Assembly: GCF_006345805.1 (NCBI RefSeq)
Contig: NW_021832969.1
Coordinates: 1-33,586 of the forward strand
DNA length: 33,586 bases
Direction: 5' to 3'
Source of the DNA: Octopus sinensis
Lineage: Eukaryota
Position 1 is the stretch's first letter, and every line of letters starts with the position of its first letter. This document shows, piece by piece, positions 22,105-33,586 of the stretch. The notes under the pieces were generated by a model. The model was given only the letters and a program-made list of their open reading frames with translations. It was not told where the DNA came from and searched no databases. Position numbers and translations under genes: made by a program.

Positions 22105-23506
22105 TGATCGGTATATTTGCGACTCCTAACTCATGGTCTTTATCTAAAGGACGAGAATAACCAAAAACACAAATTGGTCATTTGTCTGGACAATGAAATG
22201 GAGATGAGGACACTAGCATTCGCCATTCACCAAGAATCCCACTGGGGAATACGAAAGCTTCAGAAAAGGTGCAGTGAATTTTATTTCACTTTAAAACGTC
22301 CAATCATCGAACAAATTATAAAAGACTGCGAAATTTGTAAATTTGCCCTACCATTGAAAGTATTTTTAAAAAATATACCTAGGTGTCGGATTCTAATTAC
22401 CATGTATCTGCAGGAAAACCCAATGAAAGATTCCAGGCGGATCTTATTGATGTTAGAAGATATAAAAAGTTTAACGATGGATGTAATTGGATACTGACAA
22501 TTATTGACATCCACAGCAAATTTGTTGTCTGCAAATCTTTAAAAAATAAAACTGCTTCTGGTAAGACTTAAAATTTAATTGAAGAAGTGGTGAATAAATT
22601 CCAAAAATTGTTTTATCAAATTGGATATTGTCAGATCTTGCAAACGGACAACGGGTTTGTATTCAAAAACCAACTTATGGCTCAACTATGCGAGGAAAAC
22701 AAAATTAAGCATATTTATGGAAGGCCAAACCATCCTCAGTCATAAGTTTGTTAGTTTATATAACTTAGGGTGTAATTGAGAGGTTTAACCAAACTTTAAC
22801 TCGTGCTCTGGCCAAAATGATGGAAATGGAGGGAACTAAAAATTGGAAACAATTTTTAGAAAAAGTCAAATTTTCCAATAATACGTCACAGCACACGGCA
22901 AAAAATGAGACGCCGTTCAAAAAGTTTAGGGGTATTTCTGGAATTAACACCGTGATTAGTGAAATACCAGGTTTTTATTTCATTTATAACTTAGATGAAA
23001 ATATTGAGGCATCGTTAGAAACGAATAACACTATTTTTAATTTTTCGTCCCCAGATATGAATTCACCGTATTTTAAAAGAATGAATAAAAAGATGGGAGT
23101 TCACAGATCAAAGTATGATTTTGAAGAAGGGAATGACGTATAATTAATTAGTAACATTAAAGGTTCGAATATTAAAAGATTATGGAACAAATCCATCATT
23201 AAAACTAAGCAGATTTGAATCCCCATATGAAGAAAAGGGAACAGTGAAAGAAGTAATTTCAAATAACAGACTACTAGTGAGTTACCATTCCTAACATTTA
23301 GATCTAATTCCAAAATGAAACTAGGATCGTTGCTATGAACAGAGTTAAAAAATGTTAATCTTTTTAAGTGTTAACATGTCATTAGTTTTTTTTAATTGAT
23401 ACAAAAATACATCAATTAAAATACATCACCTGTCAAACTGATGGTCGCAATTAATGTCAAAAATACATCACATGTCAACTGATGGTCGCCAGCGTGGGTG
23501 GCGACA
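22105..23506 (+). mobile_element. Second Ginger subfamily, 5'-truncated, right end retained
   Basis: HQESHWG...CEIC, RFQADLID, ILQTDNG, GRPNHPQ...GVIERFNQTL, with short introns at different positions (e.g. near 22360, 22561, 22746). Subterminal repeat aatacatcac.tgtcaa(a)ctgatggtcgc twice (23420-23489); ends ...GGCGACA at 23506. Confidence 0.82.
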
Positions 23507-23835
23507 TATTTTTATGGATTGAATTATGGATTGAAAAGAGAAGAAATCTCAAAGGTGATCTCATGCTCATTCTATACAAGGGCAAGCCGAAAAGTTAATG
23601 ATTTAAAATCGATTTGTAGATTTAATCAAAGCATAAAACGCTGGATATCGTCGGCAAGTTCTTCTCAAAATTGTTTTGGACGATATTGCCCATTTTATAT
23701 ATTCATGGGTGTTGAAAATCCTGGAAGGATTGATGAAGCGGAAATTGAGCAACTTTTAGCTTAAGATTCGAAAGGATTATCAAATGTCCGATAAAGTGCA
23801 TTAGAAAATTTAATAATTGCTGGCAAAAAAAAGTT
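23507..23835 (+). mobile_element. Internally deleted copy of the 4352-6138 Ginger family
   Basis: Near-identical blocks to the reverse complement of 5640-5680, 5100-5200 and 4900-5030, joined across deletions. Confidence 0.85.
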
Positions 23836-23899
23836 GAAAAAAGAAATTATCATAAAAATAGACATTACACACAGCAAGATTTATCTCTTTATTTCAAAA

Positions 23900-24075
23900 C
23901 AAATCTAGGCCTTTTTGCATAATCTGCAAAATTTCTTTGGCCAATAGTTCAATGAAATTATCAAGATTAAAACACCATTTGAAAACTAGACATCCAAATC
24001 TAGTCGGATCTTCGCTTGAATATTTTCAAAATATAAAAAACAAGATTGATGAACCTACAACTCTTCAAAAGTTAA
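23900..24075 (+). mobile_element. hAT (Buster/Charlie-like) transposase BED-finger fragment
   Basis: PFCIICKISLANSSMKLSRLKHHLKTRHPNL...LEYF. Confidence 0.82.
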
Positions 24076-24148
24076 TCACTCATCATGCTCTTGCGCGAAA
24101 AAAGTTGAGAATCACTGTTTTAGCTTATGATTCGACAGTATTATCAAA

Positions 24149-24690
24149 TGTCGCAGTCCGGAAGCGTTACGGCGCCGGAAGCGTTACGCATGTAAACAAC
24201 AAAAATTAAAAATACGTAAAACAATAATAATCTGAAATTACATCTCTATTTCAAAAAGTTTTTTTCTACGTGGAGCCTCCATTAATACTGCATACGGACA
24301 ACGGCAAGGAATTTTGTAATGCCCATATGATTCGGCTTTGTGAAAAGTACAACATAAAGCATGTACGAGGAAGACCAAGGGCTCCCTGGATTCAAGGTCA
24401 GGCAGAAAGGTTATAATTTGACTAAATTTAAATGTTTATAGGCTCAATCAAAGTATAAAAAGGTGGATATCTTCCAAAAGTTATTCAGATGGACATTTTG
24501 GACGATACTGCGATATTATCAAAGACATCATATTTGACTACAACAATACTGTTCATTCTACTACACGGAATATCCCATTCTACATCTTTATGGCAATGCA
24601 ATTTCCAATAAGAACGAGTGATGAAGAATTAGAACAATGTCCGAGAAAGTGCATTAGAAAATTTAATAATTGCTGGCGAAAAAAAGTTGA
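24149..24690 (+). mobile_element. Further Ginger copy: TIR-like start and integrase core
   Basis: Begins TGTCGCAGTCCG. LILHTDNGKEFCN...RGRPRAPWIQGQAER|32-nt intron|LNQSIKRWI...DYNNTVHS. Confidence 0.8.
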
Positions 24691-26225
24691 AAAAAGAAAT
24701 TATCATAAAATAGACATTACATACAGCATGATATAATCTCTTTATTTCAATGTTTCTCTGGGCTGCATAAACAAAATTCTGAATAAACTGAAAATTCGAC
24801 AAGTTCACAAAATTAAACAATTCCAGTCGGAAATGTAAGCCAAGCGAAATTAAACAAAAAAAGATGGAAAATCAGATTTCCAGGAAAATGTTAACATTTG
24901 AATTTTATGCACATACGGACGGCAAAGATTAAAATTAAAATAAAAGTATTTCGGAACACCAATTGAAAAGTCAATATTTTACAAAGATTTAAGAATTGTG
25001 AATAATAGAGATTAAAAAGTAATATTTTACAAAGATTTAATCAAATTTTGATCAAAGAAAAATACAATAAAATAAAGTTGATAAATCATGAAATACCAAT
25101 AAAAATGAATATATACAATAGAAAGAAAATCAATTAAAAAGATGCATTCAATTGAGATTAAACTAGTAAGACAATAAGCACAAATTAACTTGTGAAATAA
25201 CTTTTTTCAAGGTATTCTACATGTACTCAATATTTAATCAGCAATAAAATGCATATAGAAAATTATACTTTAAAAAATTTTGAATAAAAAATAATAATCA
25301 ACGTACAAAAACAAAACAAACACAACAACAGGAAAGCGTGCAGAACACGCTATTGATAATAATTCGATATTTTTATTTATTTAAAAAATAAATATTTTTA
25401 GAAAATATATAAGTTATAATTCGATAATTGATTATATAACTTGATTATTGAAAATCCTCGAAATAGAATTGTTTTTATTGTCCAAAAAACTAAAACGTAA
25501 CGAACAAGGAGAAATCGTTAACGGAAGATAAAAACAAAACACCGAAGTGTCTCTTTCAGTGTATACGCCAAGTATTGTGATCAAACACAAGTTTTCTTCA
25601 GGACCATCTGGATTGTGGCCGCACAAAATACTTGAGAGTCTTCAATATTGCTAAAATTTAAAACATTTTTTAAAATAATCAGTCAATTTCAATTTTTTCT
25701 TATTTCTTAAATTTTTTCCAAGTTGAGATCTAAACTCATAATATGTCACAAACTCATAAAAAGATTTTCTTCATCGTTAAAATGTCATGATAACCTCAAT
25801 ATTCCAACAGAGTGATAGCGGGGCTGGGAAGCATTTCCGTAATGAAGTGGTGTCACAGAGGTTCCCGAAGTAATTTCTGATTGTCGCATTACTCCGATTC
25901 TTCTCTCCAGTGATTGTTTAGCGACTGGGCAACTTCCCCAATTGGCTCTGTGCGTCGACAGGCCACAATTACAGTCTCGTTCAAATGTTAGAGGCATTCT
26001 ATTTTTTCCCTAAAAAGGCACTTATTTATTATTTTTCGAAAGATTTTAAAGAATAAATTAAGTTTTTAAAGGAAATTAAACATTTCCAAAGTTTTTATAA
26101 ATATTCGACTGATAATATTCTCAAACTTGAAAACAAAAAATAATTGGTCGCTTATATGTTGAGGCACTTATGTAAAAAGCAATAATTCTATAATTTATTA
26201 TTATTAATTCTAATAAAAAATTCAA

Positions 26226-27184
26226 ATGCCTCGTGTATCAGCTTATAACAGGTTTCTCGTCATCGAAAAATTAAAATGTGGCGAATCTCAGGTGAAAATA
26301 TCCAAAGATTTGGGAATCTCTTGTTGTGCCATTCAAAAAATTAAAAAGCGATTTTTACACGGATATTTATATAACGATATGCCAAAAAAGGGAAGGAACA
26401 AAAAATTAACCAAAAATAATGAACGCTATCTTATCAGAATGTCAAAATTACACCCAAAAATGACCGCCAACGATCTTCTTATATGCTGTAACTTTTCCGG
26501 AAAAGTGAGTATTTCGACAATTAAACGAATTTTGAGACGCAACAATTTATTCGTGAAAAAACCAAAATTGACTGCATCTCAGGTTGATAAAAGATATACA
26601 TGGTGTCTTACTAAAATTCCGTGGAATCAAGACGACTGGAATTTAGTGATATTTTCTGATGAATGCCGGATTCAGTTAAATCAGATGTCTAGGCAATACA
26701 TAAGAAGACCCCCTGGATCAAAATTACAGAAAGAATATTCAATTGAAACTGTGAAATTCCCTTTATCAATTACGATATGGGGAGCAATTAAAAGCAATGG
26801 GCAAAGATCAATTGTCCTTTGCCGAAAAACAGTCGACTCCGCCGAATATCAACGCGTTATAAAAGAAGGATTTGAAAATTTTTATGAAGAAAATTATTTT
26901 CTTTAACATCAAAATTCACTAGAGCGTTTATGGCAGAAAACAACATAAAACTCATGGAAAAATGGCCAAGTCAATCTCCTGACTTAAATATAATTGAAAA
27001 TCTATGGGCAATTTTAAAAAAAGAAGTTAAAAAATGTGGAGAATCAACGATTCAAGAATTATGGAATGAAACAAAGAAGGCCTGGGAAAACATTGATACA
27101 GGTGTGGTTATTAAGCTTTTTGAGTCAATTCCAAGAAGAATATCTTCGGTGATCATAAATAATGGAGGAATGACTAAATATTAA
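26226..27184 (+). pseudogene. Tc1 transposase, inactivated
   Basis: Paired-like HTH, VIFSDE, TIWG, WPSQSPDLNIIENLW, GGMTKY. A stop plus small deletion at ~26904-26910 removes the QQDxAxxH second-D motif. Confidence 0.92.
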
Positions 27185-27364
27185 ATTTTTGGATAATTTT
27201 GTCTTTCGTTATTGAAATGTGCTTCTAACATATGAACGATGTATTATTTTGAGTTTCTTAGTAAATACACATTATAAACTAAATGTGCTCAAAAATTTTA
27301 GGTTAAGATTTTTTATTCAATAGTTTGTTATTAACAAAAAACTTTTTTCAAAAAATGACAAATA

Positions 27365-28020
27365 CACTCCTCGCCAAAAAAAATGATTCAAAATTCATAT
27401 TTAGTTTTTCTTTGAAAATCTTATAAATATTCTAATTTCAAAAAACTTAGTAGATTAGTTGTAATTATTATTATTTAATTTTAATAAAATATTTGTTAAT
27501 TACATTAATTTGGAAAAATTAAAAGCATGACAAACAATATGTTAGTATATGTCAGTGACAAAAAAAATGATTCAAAAAAATTATCTAAACAAATATCTCT
27601 TTATAAGATTTTAATATCTGTATTTTAGGGAAAATCATATGGATGACTTCACGAAAGGAAAAATTATTGCCTTATATGAAACCAAAAATGCCATTTCGGG
27701 CAATTTCTTCAAAAGTCGGGGTACATGAGGCAACATTGTCTAATTTTATCCAACGATACAAGAAGACAGGAAAGATTCATCGAAAACCAGGATCTCGACG
27801 ACCAAAAATACTTAATGAAAATGATTTAAAAGAATTGATAAAATATTCTGAAGAAAATCCAACAAAAACATCGAAAGAGATCTCAAATGAAATCGGGAAA
27901 CTAACAAATAAAAAAATTTCATCATGAACAATTATAAGAAATCTAAACGAAAATGGTATATTTGGGCGTGTCGCTAAAAATAAACCATTTTTGAACAAAA
28001 AAACACTGAAAAAAGATTGA
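27365..28020 (+). mobile_element. Nested, 3'-truncated second Tc1-family element
   Basis: TA|CACTCCTCGCCAAAAAAAATGATTCAAAA with an inner repeat at ~27553. ATG 27639 gives MDDFTKGKIIALY...RKPGSRRPKIL...VAKNKPFL with a frameshift and stop. Confidence 0.85.
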
Positions 28021-28177
28021 AAAGTGCCTTTTTTAGGGAAAAAATAGGGTGCCTCTAACATTTGAACGGGACTGTAATATAGAAAATACTTCCACATAGA
28101 AAGCGGCGCAGAGACTCCTTGTAGAAAGATGCAATATGACCAAAATTTTTACAGCAAAAACATTGCACTTAAGGTCG

Positions 28178-30300
28178 TTTTTTTCCATTTTTGAAATTTA
28201 TTCCCTTATAAATTTTCGAAATTTAGCGCAAAACGGAAAAAAAGTCAAGTTCGTTAACGAAATTACGGTTTTTTAAAACTGATATCACTTGCAATTGTAT
28301 GCGCAAACTTTTTTTCGTTCGCGTTAGCTTCTCGCCTGCCGAAATAGTTCGCTTCCTTTGTTTTATCTATTCTGTTTCATTTCTTCCGGAAAATAAATCA
28401 CATAAATTTTACAAAAATTCTTAGAGTAGTCCAGATTTTCTTTATTTTTAAAATTTTTAAATATTAAAAAGATTTTTATTAAACGTGATGAAAGTTTAGC
28501 AGCCTTTGTTGTCGATCGAGTGTACTCTTGTTTTTTCTTGTCGTAATTTTTTCTTCCGATGGAATCCTGGTCAATAATTGTTTTCGTCATTTTTTCTTCT
28601 TTTTGAAAAGAAGATATAATATTCCATATCGATGGATGACGATATCCCGTCAAATTGTATAATTTATTGTTCCATCCTTCACAATAGTTGTTTGTTCTTT
28701 GATCATTATTGAGCGTGGCTTCATACACATTCCATAAAATTGGAGGGAACAATGGAGAAATGTGCTGTATTCTAACAGATAAAGGGTTTTCTTGTTTATT
28801 TAAGCAACGATAATAACCACGAACATATGTTCGATCAACAATAATCTACTATATTTTGAATCTGGAACATCTTTTGGTATATTATCTATTAGGAATTCTA
28901 TTCCTTCTTCCAGATCTTGAATGGGCAAAAACGCAAGAGCGTCTATCATAGCGCAAAAAATGTGTGAAGTTAATATTTTTCTTTATATTCTTTTACTAAA
29001 TGCAATTCTTGAATTTTTCTCCAGGTTGACTGCCTTAGATGATAATAACATCCTCTAATATGTATTCGTCTCCCAAATACTGCAAGGACAGCTCGAAATA
29101 CCGAATCTTCAAAGTCTGCCATAATAGTTTCAAGACAAAATTCCAAATTCAAATTATGAATTGCATTTTAATAGTCTCAAAAAATTCTTCGTAAATCTTT
29201 CTTGATTTAGAAGGTAATATTCCATAAATAACTGTAATTGGACGGAATGAACTCAATTCTGAAAAATATATTGCTTGAATATGCATGGTGCCATAGAGAA
29301 ATTTCCATCCATATACCATACTTTGGAATTTGCCAATAACGTTAAATTAGTATTGGTGCTGAATATTAAAAGTCTATCGTTTCTTCTTTGATTATCATAA
29401 ATTAAAAAGTTTTCTGAATCCGGACCAAGAGTTGAAGTTAAAAATGATGGAATATCTTCTAGATCTAGAATATTTTTTGAATATGTAGAGACAAGCGTTG
29501 ATTTCTTATTGTTCGCTTGAAAGAATCTGCAGAAGGGAGAATAATTCTGGATGATGTATCACATTGAGAACAACATTTGAATAGATTGTAAGGGATTCTC
29601 TTGGCTCTTTTTGCAAGAAGTTTTGCCTTGTTGCACAACTTCGTCAGTTTTATTTGAGTTTCGTCTAATTCGTGATTGTGAGAGGTTCCTTCTTTAGGAA
29701 ACTCAAAGTTATGATTTGTCTTAAGCTTCCTCTGCATCCTTGCGAAGACTTTTTAACACAATTAAAAATTATATATTTTTTGTTGTCGAGTGCCTTGTAT
29801 ACATATAACCTTTGAAACAAATTTTTTTCCTCCTTTGTTAGATGATATTATCTCCATTTTGTCACTTATTTTTGCGGCATCCATAATATTTAAGATACAA
29901 TATGCATAATATTTAAGATCAAGGCGTAAGATTAAGCAAATAAGTCAGGCCACTTTTATTATTACTTTGAAGTTCTTAAATTGATTTAGGAAAAGCGATT
30001 ATTTTAAGACGGAAAATAAGTCAAGTTCGTTAACGAAATTACGGACTTGACTTTTTTTCCGTTTTGCGCTAAATTTCGAAAATTATAAGGGAATAAATTT
30101 CAAAAATGGAAAAAAAGTAAAGCGGAAAAAAAGTCAAGTATTGAAAAAAATTGTTAAAAAATAAAGTTGCTATTATTGCGAAAAAGATACAATATAAAGT
30201 AAACAAAGACGACTTGACTTTTTTTCCACTTGACTTTTTTTCCGCTTACGGACTTGACTTTTTTTCCACTTGACGTTTTTTTCCGCTTGACTTTCTTTCC
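28178..30300 (-). mobile_element. Mutator-like (MULE) transposon, degenerate transposase 28363-29857
   Basis: FLYWCH-like ICFKGYMY; WYMDGNF; IMADFE...GCYYHLRQ; FPPILWNVY...RTNNYCEGWN. ~70-bp inverted repeat 28178-28249 / 30046-30116; tandem GGAAAAAAAGTCAAG units at 30210-30300. Exact ends uncertain. Confidence 0.88.
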
Positions 30301-31583
30301 TACAATCGAATGGCCACGCATTCCTAAAGGATGATTCTGGTCCAAATCGATCTGAAAAGATCGAAAGTCCTTTTCCCTTTTAAATAGTAGCTCATATGAG
30401 CTCATATTTCCATTGTTTTTACACAAATTGATTTGCTCAATCAAAGGTACAAGAACCAAGCACTTGTTTATGTATATCTTCTATAAACTAAATTAAAAAG
30501 TTTTTTAAGTCAAAATGATATTTTCTTGGGTGATGGTAAATTTCATTTAATGGAACGCAAACTTGTGGAGATTGAAAAGATCGTTAAGTGCTAAAGATTT
30601 ATTTTAGTCTCCTTTGTTTTTAAAATAATCCTAAAAATGAGACACTTATAATTTTCTCTTAGTCCTAATTATGAACTATTTCTATTTTAAATGTCAATGT
30701 AAATAGGTCAATCAAATAATTTTATTGTCAGCTAGGTCATCATAATTTGAATTTTTATTGATTTAATTCAAAGAAAAACCGAATTTAATAAAAACCAGTC
30801 CCAAAATTAGTGACAGATATGGATTTTAACTTCAGGGGTTAAATGGAGGATAGTAGATCTCATCACATGGATAATTCACGAGTTTAAAATCACTGTCATA
30901 ATAAAAATAGACTTGGTTAATGACATTCTGATGGTTGGTAACAACCTTCACAGTAACCCCATACGACTTAAAAATTGCTTCTTCAAAACAGATACGCTAA
31001 ATCTCAAGGATTGCAATCAAACCAAATAACTTGTTTCTTTTGACGGAATAATTCCAGAATCAGAAAGTTTTCTAGAATGTATCAACAATAACTTAACTTG
31101 TCTAAATTAATTTCCTCGCGCAATTTTAACGCTTTACTGAAATATTCCAGTTCTCCATCGAGAATTCCTTTAAAATGCCGTCCATGTTTATTCCATTCAT
31201 GTTCCCTGAGTTTAATTTAACTCAATAATCACCAAAACATTTCATTCGGATGACTTTTTAGGTCGCTAGAAAAATATTTCTCTAGTTCTTTTTTTATTGG
31301 CTAAAAATTGATTTATTGAAACAGTACATTTAATTTAACAATAGAAAATGGACATGTCCCTTTAGTACTGAGATTTTTAACGGACCAGAGACCGTGAATA
31401 GTCCACGTTGATGCTCCCGTTTTTATGTAATCTTTATTCTTATTGATTATAACATATTAAGTAAACTTCAGCATAACCAGGCTGCCACTGTAAGGCATAG
31501 ACATATGATACAGAATCCATTCTAGATTAAAATTATGAAAATTAATTTTTAGTGTCTATTTTTAATAATTTCTATGAACAAAA

Positions 31584-31858
31584 CTAACAAGACCCAATTT
31601 ATGCAACTCATGTACACGTTTGAATATTGTTATTTCGTTTTAGGTTATCCTAATGAATTTTTTAGATAAAATTTATCGTTAATTTTTAATAAAAACTTAT
31701 TTTTATTCTGGATTTTAAAAAATTGACTAATTTTAGTCAATCGAGAATATGAATTCCATGTAACCGCTCCCAGCATTTGTTCACTCGACAACAATATATT
31801 TATTAACATCAAGTCCATCGTACATTTGATACTACCGAACATTGGCATCGTTGTCCTG
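31584..31858 (-). mobile_element. 3' end of a Ginger transposase and trailer
   Basis: Homologous to 4500-4803 (QDNDANVR...YDGLDVNKYIVV...ERLHGIHISR). Confidence 0.85.
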
Positions 31859-31870
31859 TTTATAAATAAA

Positions 31871-32172
31871 CTAGCTCGGCAGCTCGCTTCGCTCACCGCG
31901 ACCTAGCTCCTGCGGAGGCCTGTTTCATCAAACAACTATAAGTTTGTGTAGATGTATAAAACTACCTAGTTTAATGTAACCCTATTCTATCGCCTGTTGA
32001 TAAACGATGTTTGTCGTCCGTCCTTCCTTGGCATATATGAATAAATTTTCTCTTCTGCCTACCCTCGAGCATCCCACATACAGCTGTCCATGTGAAAAGC
32101 ACTCACTCTCTAAAAATAACCCAACTACCTTTAATGACTGTCCCTGGGCCTTGTTTATTGTCATTGCAAACT
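31871..32172 (-). mobile_element. Helitron 3' end with PIF1-like helicase C-terminal fragment
   Basis: FAMTINKAQGQSL..VGL..CFSHGQLYVGCSRV, followed on the minus strand by GC-rich ...GTGAGCGAAGCGAGCTGCCGAG and terminal CTAG|T (31871-31874). Confidence 0.85.
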
Positions 32173-32592
32173 TTTTTTTCATTTTTTGTGGTTTTTTTTT
32201 TTTTTATATTTAATTTTTTCATTTTTCTTTGTAATTTCCTTTTTTTTCTTTTTTTATTTTTTTTGTTTTTTTACTGGCGGAAATGGGGCAGGGGGAGATG
32301 CGGCAGGCAGAGATGCGGCAGGCAAGAAAGCGACACACAAAAAAGCGACACACAAAAAAGATTTATTAATTACCTTATTAAGCTGACCGTTTTTTCTTCA
32401 GCTTCGTTTTTCCTCCTTCGGTTATCTATTTAAAAAATTATTTTTGAATAATAAAAAGTTTAGGAAAAGAGGCATACCGAAAATAAATTCTATCTTTACG
32501 AAAAACTCAAGTAAATCTTAATAATAAAATGGTATGGTGTGTGTCTGTCTGTCTGTCTGTCTGTGTGTGCACACCAACTTCAAATTGGCAAT

Positions 32593-33505
32593 ACGATGTC
32601 CTCGACTTACATGATGAGGTACTTAAACCTTCCCCCCAAAAAAATTAAAAAAAAATTTTCTGCATTTTGGTTAAAATGAACAACTACAATGTCCTCGACT
32701 TACATGATGAAGTCCTTAAAACCTTCCCCCCCAAAAAAATTAAAAAAAAATTTCTGCATTTTGTTTAAAATGAACAACTACAATGTCCTCGACTTACATG
32801 ATGAAGTCCTAAAAACCTTCCCCCCAAAAAAATTAAAAAAAAATTTTCTGCATTTTTGGTTAAAATGAACAACTACAATGTCCTCGACTTACATGATGAA
32901 GTCCTTAAAACCTTCCCCCCAAAAAAATTAAAAAAAATTTTCTCCATTTTGGTTAAAATGAACAACTACAATGTCCTCGACTTACATGATGAAGTCCTTA
33001 AAACCTTCCCCCCCAAAAAAATTAAAAAAAAATTTCTGCATTTTGGTTAAAATGAACACTACAATGTCCTCGACTTACATTATGAAGTCCTAAAAACCTT
33101 CCCCCCCAAAAAATTAAAAAAAAATTTCTGCATTTTGGTTAAAATGAACAACTACAATGTCCTCGACTTACATGATGAAGTCCTTAAAACCTTCCCCCCC
33201 AAAAAAAAAATAAAAAAAAATTTTCTGCATTTTGGTTAAAATAAAAACTACAATGTCCTCGACTTACATGATGAAGTCCTTAAAACCTTCCCCCCCAAAA
33301 AAATTAAAAAAAATTTTCTGCATTTTGGTTAAAATGAACAACTACAATGTCCTCGACTTACATGATGAAGTCCTTAAAACCTTCCCCCCAAAAAAATTAA
33401 AAAAAAATTTCTGCATTTTGGTTAAAATGAACAACTACAATGTCCTCGACTTACATGATGAAGTCCTTAAAACCTTCCCCCCAAAAAAATTAAAAAAATT
33501 CTTCT
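32593..33505. repeat. Tandem array of 10 copies of a 93-96-bp unit, preceded by a (GTCT)n/(GT)n microsatellite at 32537-32569
   Basis: GTCCTCGAC recurs at 32598, 32691, 32785, 32880, 32973, 33066, 33159, 33255, 33349 and 33442. Length variation is almost all in homopolymer runs. Confidence 0.97.
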
Positions 33506-33586
33506 GATTGCGCTGTCAATTGGTGGTAAATTGTGTTAATGATTGTGCTAATGTGGTTTCAACTATCAAAGTGTTTTTCAAAATCT

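Larger units (their letters stand above)
25972..28074 (+). mobile_element. Tc1-family transposon with IR/DR-type ends, TA-flanked, carrying a nested Tc1
   Basis: TA|CAGTCTCGTTCAAATGTTAGAGGCA...AAGGCACTT at 25972 and its inverse ending at 28074|TA. Inner repeat copies near 26148-26170 and 27217-27240. Confidence 0.9.

Noticed and set aside
30720-31110. Possible decayed LINE RT C-terminal remnant
   Set aside because: Too degenerate; no diagnostic motif readable.
32092-32433. Phe-rich membrane-like ORFs
   Set aside because: Translation of a poly-T low-complexity tract and short tandem duplications.
32593-33505. CRISPR array, or repeat-protein ORFs (MNNYNVLDLHDEV...)
   Set aside because: Units are contiguous with no unique spacers. 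The ORFs arise because 93 is a multiple of 3, and they break at homopolymer indels.

Overview
AT-rich nuclear DNA from an animal (a SMAD MH1+MH2 gene is present) with ultrashort spliceosomal introns, mostly 23-32 nt. This fits a reduced parasitic metazoan such as a dicyemid or myxozoan, but the taxon is inference. Intact spliced genes: aspartyl aminopeptidase DNPEP (11 introns), a small KEN-box + IBR/ZBR zinc-finger gene, and a threonyl-tRNA-synthetase paralog (~18 introns) that reads open after splicing but has lost nearly all aminoacylation and editing residues. That paralog is a candidate pseudo-synthetase and the most interesting item. Truncated or degenerate host-gene copies: DHX15/PRP43, SMAD4-like, U2AF1, an AAA P-loop fragment and a coiled-coil fragment. 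The rest is a mosaic of transposons: a complete intron-containing Ginger-type (Gypsy-integrase) DNA transposon with TIRs and a 5-bp TSD plus several fragments, pogo/Tigger, nested Tc1 elements, MULE, hAT, Helitron ends with a ~93-bp tandem array, CRE and other non-LTR fragments, and a tRNA-derived SINE. All calls come from manual reading and splicing; no database searches were run.
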